Positions 35,439 through 44,098 of a stretch of 64,000 nt of DNA are shown piece after piece. Both the position numbers and the translations under genes were made by a program. The notes beneath the pieces were generated by a model, which saw nothing but the letters and a program-made list of their open reading frames with translations, searched no databases and was not told where the DNA came from. Source of the stretch: Sulfurimonadaceae bacterium (GTDB lineage Bacteria; Campylobacterota; Campylobacteria; Campylobacterales; Sulfurimonadaceae); assembly GCA_028683835.1 (NCBI GenBank), contig JAQUHB010000001.1, forward strand, positions 65,060 through 129,059, written 5' to 3'. Position 1 is the stretch's first letter, and every line of letters begins with the position of its first letter.

Positions 35439-37274
35439 ATGCAGAACAATGAAACCTTAGAACTTTTAAAAAAGCATGATCTTTTAAAGATCATCGATGA
35501 TGAGCTTGATATCTATCTTGAAATCCCTCATGTCGCATATATAGAGGTCAAAAAGCCAGATAGTAAAGCGATACTTTTTACAAATGTAGTGGATAGAAAA
35601 AATGGCAAAAAGTTTGATACACCAATTCTGATGAACGTATTTTGCTCACACAAAGCGGTGGAACTTCTTATCGGTGATGGTGACAAAATCGCCGCGCGTA
35701 TCCAAGATCTCCTTCACATGAAACCGCCAAGTGGATTTATGGATAAGCTCTCTATGTTTGGAACTCTCTTTAATCTCAAATCTGTTTTTCCTAAAAAACT
35801 GAACAAAAAAGGTGAGTGCCAAGAGGTCATAAAACTCGGGATTGAGGCAAAACTCAGCGAGCTTCCAATTCTTACTACGTGGGAGCAAGATGGCGGACCT
35901 TTTATCACGATGGGGCAGGTCTATACCAAAAGTTTGGACGGCAAGATGAGCAATCTTGGGATGTATCGTTTGCAAGTGTATGACGACCATACTTTGGGAA
36001 TGCACTGGCAGATCCATAAAGATTCAAACCACTTCTTTCATGAGTACAAAAAAGCGGGCGTAAAAATGCCGGTTTCCATCGGTATCGGTGGTGATCCTAT
36101 CTATATTTGGTGTGGTCAAGCACCACTACCTATCGGTGTTTTTGAACTGCTTTTGTATGGATTTATCAAGGGTAAAAATGCACAGCTTGTGAAATCTATC
36201 ACAAACGATATTTATGTACCTCGCGATGTGGACTTTGTGATCGAAGGACTTGTAGATGTCCAAAACCTTCGCATCGAAGGGCCTTTTGGAGATCATACCG
36301 GATACTACACGCTTAAAGAGGAGTATCCTTTTATGAATGTGACCGCCATCACGCATAAAAAAGATCCGCTTTTTGCAGCAACAGTAGTAGGGAAACCGCC
36401 TTTGGAAGATAAATATATGGGACACGCCACAGAACGTATCTTTTTACCTCTTTTAAAGACTACGGCACCTGATTTACTAGACTACTATATGCCAGAAAAC
36501 GGAGTTTTTCATAATCTCATTTTGGCAAAGATAAAGACACTTTATCCAGGACATGCACAGCAGACTATGCACGCGTTTTGGGGAGTGGGGCAGATGAGTT
36601 TTGTTAAACACGCTATCTTTGTGGGAGAAGATGCACCTTCTCTTACAGAGCATGACGCAGTGACAAGATATATCCTAAACAGAATTGACCTGCATGATCT
36701 TTTTATCAGCCGTGGAGTCGTGGACGCGCTTGATCACAGCTCAAACAAGTTTGCAGTGGGTGGGAAACTGGGCATCGACTGCACTGGCGAGGAGATCAAA
36801 GAGTCCGGCATTACACATTTGAGTGATGAAGAGCTTTTACAAAAGATGCAAGAACTTTCCTTACGTGCGAAGTACCCTATGGGTGTAAAAGATTTAAAAC
36901 AGTATTACACTGACACAAAAAATCCGATTTGTCTTATCAGCGTAGAAAAAACAAGATCACAAAAAGAGCTTTTTGCTGAATTAAAACCGCTTCTTGGTCA
37001 CATCAAAATCCTTATTATCGTCGATGAAAAAGATAATTATCTTGATAATCCTTATATGCTCATTTGGCGTGTTGTAAACAACATAGATGCAACACGCGAT
37101 ATCTTTTTTGAAAAAAACAGTGTGTGTGTGGATGCAACGACAAAAAGTGAAGTAGATGGATTTATGCGAGAGTGGCCTGATGATGTTACATGTACGCAAA
37201 GTGTTTTAGAATCTTTAAAACAAAGAAAGATTATCGACATCGATGATACATTTGAGCGAAAGTTTTTACTTTAA
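35439..37274 (+). CDS. UbiD-family decarboxylase (menaquinone-biosynthesis decarboxylase type)
   Basis: UbiD motifs are present (GGPFITMGQVYT, NLGMYRLQV, HWQIHKD, GDHTGYY). It is a long (~610 aa) form, as seen in Helicobacter and Campylobacter. I chose the start at 35439, which has GGAG 5 nt upstream. Confidence 0.85.
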   Translation: MQNNETLELLKKHDLLKIIDDELDIYLEIPHVAYIEVKKPDSKAILFTNVVDRKNGKKFDTPILMNVFCSHKAVELLIGDGDKIAARIQDLLHMKPPSGFMDKLSMFGTLFNLKSVFPKKLNKKGECQEVIKLGIEAKLSELPILTTWEQDGGPFITMGQVYTKSLDGKMSNLGMYRLQVYDDHTLGMHWQIHKDSNHFFHEYKKAGVKMPVSIGIGGDPIYIWCGQAPLPIGVFELLLYGFIKGKNAQLVKSITNDIYVPRDVDFVIEGLVDVQNLRIEGPFGDHTGYYTLKEEYPFMNVTAITHKKDPLFAATVVGKPPLEDKYMGHATERIFLPLLKTTAPDLLDYYMPENGVFHNLILAKIKTLYPGHAQQTMHAFWGVGQMSFVKHAIFVGEDAPSLTEHDAVTRYILNRIDLHDLFISRGVVDALDHSSNKFAVGGKLGIDCTGEEIKESGITHLSDEELLQKMQELSLRAKYPMGVKDLKQYYTDTKNPICLISVEKTRSQKELFAELKPLLGHIKILIIVDEKDNYLDNPYMLIWRVVNNIDATRDIFFEKNSVCVDATTKSEVDGFMREWPDDVTCTQSVLESLKQRKIIDIDDTFERKFLL

Positions 37275-37303
37275 TAGCAATCCAGAAAATTAAGGAAATA
37301 AAG

Positions 37304-37753
37304 ATGAAAACATTTGAGATCAGTTCGCTTATAGATTGTAGGGTTGAAGAACTCTATGCTTTTCATCTTGATGTAAACAATCTTCCAAAGATCACTCCGC
37401 CAAATATGAAAGTCACACTTTTAAATAAGGTGGAGAAGATCTCTTTGGGAACTGAGATATACCTAAGAAATGTGCAGTATTATGTGCCAACTTACTGGAG
37501 GGTGCGCGTGGATGAAATAAGAGAGCCAAACTTGCTTGTAGATCTGGCTTTAGAGTCCCCATTTTACTATTTCAGACATCAGCATATCTTTACTCAAAAA
37601 GGAGATTTGTGTGAGCTTCGAGATGTTGTTGAGATTACCCTTCCCTTGGAATTTATGACAAAGTTTTTATATCCCTTTGTATTAAAACAGTTACAATTGA
37701 TGTTTGAATACAGACACAGTATCACAAAGAAAATATTGGAGCAAAAAAAATGA
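37304..37753 (+). CDS. SRPBCC (cyclase/dehydrase-like) ligand-binding protein
   Basis: It is 149 aa with the pattern of a START/Bet v1-like fold. It overlaps the gpx start by 4 nt. Confidence 0.6.
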   Translation: MKTFEISSLIDCRVEELYAFHLDVNNLPKITPPNMKVTLLNKVEKISLGTEIYLRNVQYYVPTYWRVRVDEIREPNLLVDLALESPFYYFRHQHIFTQKGDLCELRDVVEITLPLEFMTKFLYPFVLKQLQLMFEYRHSITKKILEQKK

Positions 37754-38226
37754 ATATTTATGATTTTAAAGTGAAAACAATCGATGCTCAAGAGATCACG
37801 CTGGAGAAGTATAAAGATAAAGTCATGCTCATTGTCAATGTAGCAAGTAAATGTGGATTTACACCTCAATATGAGGGCTTAGAAGCTTTACATGTAAAGT
37901 ATGGCGAGAAAGGTCTTGCAGTGCTTGGATTCCCATGCAACCAGTTTTTAGGACAAGAACCTGGAACTGAAGAGGAGATAAAAAATTTTTGTACACTCAA
38001 TTTTGGTGTGAAGTTTGATATGTTCTCAAAAATAGACGTAAACGGCGAGAACACTCATCCTCTTTATAAATATCTCAAAAGTGAAGCTGGAGGAGTTCTG
38101 GGAACTGAAGCGATAAAGTGGAACTTTACAAAGTTTTTAGTCGATAGAAATGGTAAAGTAATCCAACGCTATGCGCCGGCGACTACACCTCAAGAGATAG
38201 ATGAAGATATAAGAAAGTTACTTTGA
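37750..38226 (+). CDS. gpx: glutathione peroxidase (Cys type)
   Basis: Motifs are present (NVASKCGFTPQY, GFPCNQF, WNFTKFLV). Confidence 0.92.
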   Translation: MNIYDFKVKTIDAQEITLEKYKDKVMLIVNVASKCGFTPQYEGLEALHVKYGEKGLAVLGFPCNQFLGQEPGTEEEIKNFCTLNFGVKFDMFSKIDVNGENTHPLYKYLKSEAGGVLGTEAIKWNFTKFLVDRNGKVIQRYAPATTPQEIDEDIRKLL

Positions 38227-38305
38227 AAAGTACCAACTGACAAATTAAGCATACAAAAAATGTTGCTCTTTTCGTACAATAAAACAAAAAAATCAAGGTA
38301 GTTTT

Positions 38306-39244
38306 ATGAAAAGAGCAATTTTACTTTTAAATATGGGTGGACCCAATAATCTTGACGAAGTGAGTGTTTTTTTACACAATATGTTTAATGATAAAAATGT
38401 TATCAACGCACCAAAAATTATTCGTATGTTTGTGGCAAAACTCATTATTTTTATGCGCCTTCATGAGGCAAAAAGCAACTATAAAGCAATAGGTGGAAAA
38501 TCTCCGATAGGCGGATATACACAACAGCTCATCGATGCACTAAGTTTACAGGTAGATGCTACTGTTCATATGGTAATGCGCTATACTCCTCCATTTGCAA
38601 AAGATACACTGAAAAATCTTCAAGAAGTTGATGAGATCTACGCAATCCCTCTTTATCCGCATTACTCTACAACGACTACACTCTCAAGCATGGAGGATCT
38701 GCAAAACTCTATGAAACAATTAGGCATCAAAGCAAAACTTAAAACAATCGATAAATATTACAAAAATGAAAACTACAACAAAGCGATCGTCGAGAGAATA
38801 AAAGAGTCTTTGGGTGATGCGGACGCGAGTGAGTATGAACTTATATTTTCAGCCCATGGACTTCCTCAGAGAATCATCGACAAGGGTGATCTTTACCAAA
38901 GAGATATCAAGTATAATGTTTTTTATGCAAGAAAAGCTTTGATGCAAGCGGGGATAGAGTTTCACAAAACCCATCTTGCTTATCAATCCCGTCTTGGACC
39001 ATTAGAGTGGATTCGTCCTTATTTGGAAGATAAACTCAAAAGTTTAAAAAAGAAAAAAGTAATAATCTACCCGATAGCTTTTACTGTCGATAACTCAGAA
39101 ACGGAGTTTGAACTCGAAATCGAGTATCGAGAAAAAGCTGAGGAGATGGGATTTGTGGATTACAGAGTCTCAAAAGTGGTTAACAATCATCCTCTATTTG
39201 TCGAGAGCTTAAAAGAGATCTATGAGGAGTTAAAACAGTGTTAG
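38306..39244 (+). CDS. hemH: ferrochelatase
   Basis: The N-terminus is AILLLNMGGPN. The length and overall pattern (MRYTPPF, LYPHYS, FSAHGLP) fit ferrochelatase. Confidence 0.9.
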   Translation: MKRAILLLNMGGPNNLDEVSVFLHNMFNDKNVINAPKIIRMFVAKLIIFMRLHEAKSNYKAIGGKSPIGGYTQQLIDALSLQVDATVHMVMRYTPPFAKDTLKNLQEVDEIYAIPLYPHYSTTTTLSSMEDLQNSMKQLGIKAKLKTIDKYYKNENYNKAIVERIKESLGDADASEYELIFSAHGLPQRIIDKGDLYQRDIKYNVFYARKALMQAGIEFHKTHLAYQSRLGPLEWIRPYLEDKLKSLKKKKVIIYPIAFTVDNSETEFELEIEYREKAEEMGFVDYRVSKVVNNHPLFVESLKEIYEELKQC

Positions 39245-40659
39245 AATATGCAGTCGTAGGCTCAGGAGTAGGTGGATGTTCCATCGCTGCATATCTTGAC
39301 GCAAAAGGGTATAAAACTGTACTTTTTGAAAAAGATTCTAATCTTGGCGGATGCAGTTCTACATTTACTCGAAACTCTTACATGTACAACACAGGCGCTA
39401 CCACTTTGGCTGGGTATAAAGATGGGCATATCGTGAAATCTCTTTTTGACTCTATCGGCTATAAACCAAAACTCTTAGCAACGGATCCCGCAATTGTGAT
39501 TATACAAAATGGTAAAACTTCTCCAAGATACAGAGATTTGGAGAAGTTTTTAACAGTTGTAGAGCAAAACTATCCACACCCAAAAAATAGAGAGTTTTGG
39601 ACGCTTGTGTATGAATTAAACAAGAAATTTTACTCGATTGATGGATATTATTATTCAAATAGCTCTTTTTTAAAAAAAGCACTTTCGCTTTTGAGTTATA
39701 CACCCATTTTTTTGAAGTTTTTTAGATATTTTTCTGTGAATGCAAAAACTTTTTTAGATCACTTCTTTGGCGGAATAGACAAAGAGTATTTAGATTTTTT
39801 AGAGGCTCAGATTATGATCGTCGCACAGGCAAAAAGTTCTGAGATAAATTTCTTTACCTGTGCGCTTGCTCTTGGATATACCTTCAATGAAACACATTAT
39901 GTTTATGGAGGAATGGGCGCGCTTTTCGATGGAATGAGTGCAGATATGAAAGATGTGAGAGTGAACTCTGAGATTAAAAAAATAGAAAAAAAAGAGGGAT
40001 ATTACAAGCTTTACACAAAGGATGAGGTCATCGAGGCAAAGAATGTGATTTTAAACTCGACGGTGTATGCAAGTGCAAAACTTTTCGATGAAAGTTCGAT
40101 ACAAAATTACTATAAAAAATATGAAAAACTCGACAATCGTCAAAGCTCTTTTATGCTTTACGTGACGATTAAAAGTGATGTGGAATTTGCGCATCATTAT
40201 CAGATTATTCAAGATGAAAAGTTTGAAGGTAGCATCTCAAATGCACTCTTTGTTTCATTTTCAGATAAAGATGATGAGCAAATTGCGCCAAAAGGTTACT
40301 ACTCTATCACAGCTTCCATCCACACAGATGTAAGGTTTTGGCAAAAAGATGCAGATTATAAGGCAAAAAAAGAGAGATTAAAAAACTTACTGCTAGAATC
40401 TCTTATGAAAAATCTTGATATCCAAACATCTCAGATTATAGATTGTATTAGTGCAACTCCGAGTACATTTGCTAAATATATAAGCCGTTCTCAGCTTGGA
40501 GGTAATGCGATTACTATGAAAAACTTTTTACCTTTTCTGCCATCAAATGACACACCTATAAAAGGACTTTACAACGTAGGCGACACTGTCTATGCCGCGC
40601 AAGGCTGGCCTGGTGTAATGCTTGGTGTAAACAATCTCAAAAAGCTTTTACATGTATGA
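39238..40659 (+). CDS. FAD-dependent oxidoreductase of the phytoene-desaturase (CrtI) / amine-oxidase superfamily
   Basis: A GxGxxG fold lies at the extreme N-terminus (YAVVGSGVGGCSIAAYL...FEKDSNLGGC), which forces the GTG start at 39238. That start overlaps hemH by 7 nt. Confidence 0.75.
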   Translation: MLEYAVVGSGVGGCSIAAYLDAKGYKTVLFEKDSNLGGCSSTFTRNSYMYNTGATTLAGYKDGHIVKSLFDSIGYKPKLLATDPAIVIIQNGKTSPRYRDLEKFLTVVEQNYPHPKNREFWTLVYELNKKFYSIDGYYYSNSSFLKKALSLLSYTPIFLKFFRYFSVNAKTFLDHFFGGIDKEYLDFLEAQIMIVAQAKSSEINFFTCALALGYTFNETHYVYGGMGALFDGMSADMKDVRVNSEIKKIEKKEGYYKLYTKDEVIEAKNVILNSTVYASAKLFDESSIQNYYKKYEKLDNRQSSFMLYVTIKSDVEFAHHYQIIQDEKFEGSISNALFVSFSDKDDEQIAPKGYYSITASIHTDVRFWQKDADYKAKKERLKNLLLESLMKNLDIQTSQIIDCISATPSTFAKYISRSQLGGNAITMKNFLPFLPSNDTPIKGLYNVGDTVYAAQGWPGVMLGVNNLKKLLHV

Positions 40660-41662
40660 TATAGCTTTACATGTAAAGCTCAAAGACTGGCTTTATATTC
40701 TCATATTTGGACTTGTTTTTGGCTCTTTTTTATCTGCTTTGGGTTATGTGCTTTTAGAAAAAGATTGGCTCAACGGTGCTTTATATGGAGTGCTACTCGG
40801 CTTTAGTATCACTTTTTTATCTTTGGTTTTTATCTCTTTTATGAATCATTTTGTGTTACCAAAAGTGAGTCCTAAATACTGGCTCATTTTGGCGATAGTT
40901 TTCTCCTTTTTATCAGGATTTTTTGGGACACTTCTCAGTGTATTTGTAGCACAAAAAACGGGGATTGAACTCATTGCATTATTTGAAACAAGTTCGGTGG
41001 GTATTGCTGCAACTATCGGTATTTTGACCTATCTTTTAGGTGCGCTTTTATACAGATTTGTACGGATGCGAAATGAAAAAGAGTTAGTTGATGGCAACTA
41101 TATCAAAAGCAGACTCTCTTCTCTTGAGACTCAGTTAAATCCTCATTTTTTATTTAACGCACTTAACTCCATTGCTGAACTTATCCACACCGATGTGAAC
41201 AAAGCAGAAGAAGCTATACTCAAAGTCTCCTCATTTTTACGAAATACGATGAGTGAAGAAGCCCATATCAGCATAAAAAATGAGCTCTTACATGTAAGGG
41301 ATTATGTGGAACTTGAAAACATCCGTTTTACAGATAAAATTCTCTTACATGTAAACGGATCATTTCCCCCGTACAAGATCCCGAAATTTTCTATCCAGCT
41401 TTTGGTTGAAAATGCTATCAAGCATGGTTTTATACAAAAAGAGAAAAATCTAAATATCGAGATCTCTTTTGATGTGCAAAAAAAGGTACTCATAGTAAAA
41501 AATGATGGGACTCCGATGAAGAGCAATACGTTTGGAATCGGTCTTACAAATCTGAATCAAAGATTGGAACTTTTATGCAAAGGGTTTCTAGAAGTAGGTG
41601 ACAAAGAAACACCAACATTTTATATACATTTAGGAGATTGTCATGAAAATACTCGTAGTTGA
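40652..41662 (+). CDS. LytS/YehU-type sensor histidine kinase
   Basis: It has an N-terminal multi-TM region, the His_kinase signature LETQLNPHFLFNALNSI, and HATPase_c motifs (ENAIKHG, GIGLTN). It overlaps the upstream gene by 8 nt. Confidence 0.85.
   Translation: MYDIALHVKLKDWLYILIFGLVFGSFLSALGYVLLEKDWLNGALYGVLLGFSITFLSLVFISFMNHFVLPKVSPKYWLILAIVFSFLSGFFGTLLSVFVAQKTGIELIALFETSSVGIAATIGILTYLLGALLYRFVRMRNEKELVDGNYIKSRLSSLETQLNPHFLFNALNSIAELIHTDVNKAEEAILKVSSFLRNTMSEEAHISIKNELLHVRDYVELENIRFTDKILLHVNGSFPPYKIPKFSIQLLVENAIKHGFIQKEKNLNIEISFDVQKKVLIVKNDGTPMKSNTFGIGLTNLNQRLELLCKGFLEVGDKETPTFYIHLGDCHENTRS
40663..40680. repeat. 18-bp perfect palindrome AGCTTTACATGTAAAGCT (longest copy of the iterated TTACATGTAA motif)
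   Basis: Read directly from the sequence. It lies 11 nt inside the kinase ORF. A second copy, AGCTTTTACATGTATGA at 40643-40659, spans the stop/start overlap. Confidence 0.8.
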
Positions 41663-42332
41663 TGATGAACCACTTGCACGCGCTCGTGTGATACGTATGC
41701 TTACAACACTTGGATATAAAGATATTTTTGAAGCTACAAATGCGGATAAAGCCATAGCCATCGTGAGGCAAAATGAGATAGACCTTGTACTTTTAGATAT
41801 CAATATGCCAGGCGTGAGTGGCATAGAACTCGGTCATGAACTAAAATATCTTAAAAATAATATCGCGATCATCTTTCAAACAGCCTATGAAGAGCATGCG
41901 CTAGAAGCTTTTGAGATTGGAGCCGTTGGGTACTTGGTAAAGCCATTTAGCATTGATCAGCTTTCAACAACGCTCTCTCGGGTAGTCAAAGAGAGTGACT
42001 CCTCATACAAGATGATGAGTAAAAACGGTGAGCACTATTATCTTCTTAAACCTGAAGATATTTTTTATATCAAAGCAGATCTTGCAGAGGTGATACTTCG
42101 TACATCAAGTGGTTTTTCATACAGCGCTCAAAAAATATCGGATTTGGAAGATAAACTCAGCTCTTATGGTTTTATACGAATTCATCGCTCTTATCTTATC
42201 AATCCAGACAAGATAAAAGAGATGACGACAATAGAGCAGAGTAAACTAAGGTTTTCATTTTCTGGAATAAATGATGAGATAGATTCAAGCAAGGATGGAG
42301 CAAAAGAGTTTAGAAATCTTTTTTCTAACTAA
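41643..42332 (+). CDS. LytTR-family response regulator
   Basis: It has a receiver domain (KILVVDDEP...LLDINMPG...VGYLVKP) and a LytTR domain (FIRIHRSYLIN). It overlaps the kinase gene by 20 nt. Confidence 0.9.
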   Translation: MKILVVDDEPLARARVIRMLTTLGYKDIFEATNADKAIAIVRQNEIDLVLLDINMPGVSGIELGHELKYLKNNIAIIFQTAYEEHALEAFEIGAVGYLVKPFSIDQLSTTLSRVVKESDSSYKMMSKNGEHYYLLKPEDIFYIKADLAEVILRTSSGFSYSAQKISDLEDKLSSYGFIRIHRSYLINPDKIKEMTTIEQSKLRFSFSGINDEIDSSKDGAKEFRNLFSN

Positions 42333-42345
42333 ACTCTTTTAGTAT

Positions 42346-43224
42346 TTAAGCGTCATATGCATCATAAGCGATAGATGCGGCTTTTTCTTTGTAGGTCTGG
42401 AAAGGTTCTTTCTCTTGAGGTCTATTGTTTAAAATCGCATTTAGTTCATCATTGCGATCTCTTAAAATATCTTCAAACTCATTTTTATTGAGAGGTTTGT
42501 CATCTTCAAATTTATCAAGTAAGATATTACTTTGACCCGCGAGGATAAGATAACTGAGATTGCCATAATCGACCATCACAATTCTGTTAACCTGATCTAG
42601 CTGTTTTGAAAAGCGCACTTGCAAATCTTCATGTACTTCAGTTTTCGCACCAAACATCCAAGGTTTTTTAAGTGGTTTTGCACTTGAAGTTGTTGGTTTA
42701 GTTTGCGAGATGACGGCTCCCATTTTCTTTTTAAGATAAAAAACAAAACCAAGTGTCGTAAGCAATATGGCCATAACGACATAGTATCCTGTAGATATCT
42801 GTAGATCAGGTCCTGTAGGTAAAGCAGTCGTAGCAGCAGTTGTAGCATTTGGTTCTGTAGCAGCAGCTCCTTGTTTATCAAATCTCAGTCTTAAACCATA
42901 AGAATCTACAGTTCTAGAAGCTTGTACTTGCACGTCATTTGGGATAACGGCCACAATTTGTGTATAAGTTGTGATCGGACTGATAGTAAGCTCGGAGATA
43001 AATTTAGAATTTAAAGATTTTACCTTTTCAGATTCTATAGATGCACCTTCAAGCTTGATAATGATCTTACCATCGAGTGTCTGCTGGGAGATAACACCAT
43101 CATAAGGGGTGTCAAAAGTTAGCATTACATCTACTTTATCACTTCTTTCATAAACGTTGTAACTGAGTATCTTTGATGCAAAAAGCATAAAAGGGATTAA
43201 GAGTAAAAAGAGGATTTTTTTCAT
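42346..43224 (-). CDS. fliO: flagellar export protein FliO-like, with a large periplasmic N-terminal domain
   Basis: It has a signal peptide, a roughly 110-aa beta-rich periplasmic domain, a T/A-rich linker, a single TM helix (YYVVMAILLTTLGFVFYL) and a cytoplasmic tail (RIVMVDYGNLSYLILAGQSNILL). It overlaps the fliN stop. The architecture matches Helicobacter FliO as I recall it. Confidence 0.6.
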   Translation of the reverse strand: MKKILFLLLIPFMLFASKILSYNVYERSDKVDVMLTFDTPYDGVISQQTLDGKIIIKLEGASIESEKVKSLNSKFISELTISPITTYTQIVAVIPNDVQVQASRTVDSYGLRLRFDKQGAAATEPNATTAATTALPTGPDLQISTGYYVVMAILLTTLGFVFYLKKKMGAVISQTKPTTSSAKPLKKPWMFGAKTEVHEDLQVRFSKQLDQVNRIVMVDYGNLSYLILAGQSNILLDKFEDDKPLNKNEFEDILRDRNDELNAILNNRPQEKEPFQTYKEKAASIAYDAYDA

Positions 43225-43541
43225 AGTTTTTCCTTCGATAGATGGTATAAGACAGCACTGGAATTAAGCACTTCATTGATACGGATGGCAAGATTTTTTT
43301 CATAGACCATGACTTCGCCTTTACCTAAAATACGACCATTAACATAGGATTCTACACTTTCTCCGGCAGGTTTTTTCAGATCTATGACAGAGCCTTTTTC
43401 AAGTTGAAGTATGTCACGAATGGTGAGTTCTGTTTCACCAAGATCGGCGATAAACTCCACTTCCATATCTAAAAGACCCTCATAGTTCATCCATGAAAGT
43501 TCTTCTGCTTCATTAAACTCTTTCTCGCTATAGTGCGGCAT
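43221..43541 (-). CDS. fliN: flagellar motor switch protein FliN
   Basis: It is 106 aa with the SpoA/FliN signature (LGETELTIRDILQLEKGSVIDLKKPAGESVESYVNGRILGKGEVMVYEKNLAIRI). Confidence 0.9.
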   Translation of the reverse strand: MPHYSEKEFNEAEELSWMNYEGLLDMEVEFIADLGETELTIRDILQLEKGSVIDLKKPAGESVESYVNGRILGKGEVMVYEKNLAIRINEVLNSSAVLYHLSKEKL

Positions 43542-43542
43542 T

Positions 43543-43962
43543 TTATTCCTTGATTGCTATGAGTATACTGCCATTTTTTAAAGAGATTCTATTCATTCCA
43601 TCGCAGAGAAGATTGAATTTTTTCGTCTCTAAAAACAATGGAGTTTTAATGTTAAAAACTTTTGCGTTATTGCTCTCTTGAGCCAGGACTTTTGCACTTC
43701 CGACGATCATATTTGTCGTTTCAAGCAACATATCTTGAAGCGTTTTATCGTCACTTTCATCTTCAAAAAGAAAGATTCCGCAAACATCTTGTAAAAGCTC
43801 TTTTGACAAAGCGACATATACAGTATGAGATTTTTCGTTTTCAACTATCTCTATACTAGCAATAAGCATTCTCATTTTTGGAATGGTGGTTTTAAAAGTG
43901 TAGGGCTCTCTTATTTGATGTTTACAAAAATTTGTTGCCGCTTTTGTAATTATAGATAACAT
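43543..43962 (-). CDS. CheX/CheC-like protein (putative CheY-P phosphatase fold)
   Basis: It is 139 aa and contains D77-x3-E81-x2-N84-x23-P108 (DMLLETTNMIVGS...KTP). This is very close to the CheC/CheX/FliY active-site consensus D/S-x3-E-x2-N-x22-P. It ends 1 nt before the fliN start. Confidence 0.55.
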   Translation of the reverse strand: MLSIITKAATNFCKHQIREPYTFKTTIPKMRMLIASIEIVENEKSHTVYVALSKELLQDVCGIFLFEDESDDKTLQDMLLETTNMIVGSAKVLAQESNNAKVFNIKTPLFLETKKFNLLCDGMNRISLKNGSILIAIKE

Positions 43963-44098
43963 TTTTGTCCAAGTTGCAAAATTTAGTAGATTATACGTTA
44001 TACAAACCTAAAATTAAATTAATACACTCTCTAATTATACGTCTTCATAAGCTATTCTTGGGTATAATCGAGGGAAAAATTAAGCATGAAGAGAGCGT

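Noticed and set aside
37750-38226. Possible selenocysteine recoding in the glutathione peroxidase gene.
   Set aside because: The catalytic position is an ordinary Cys codon (NVASKCGFT), and there is no in-frame TGA.
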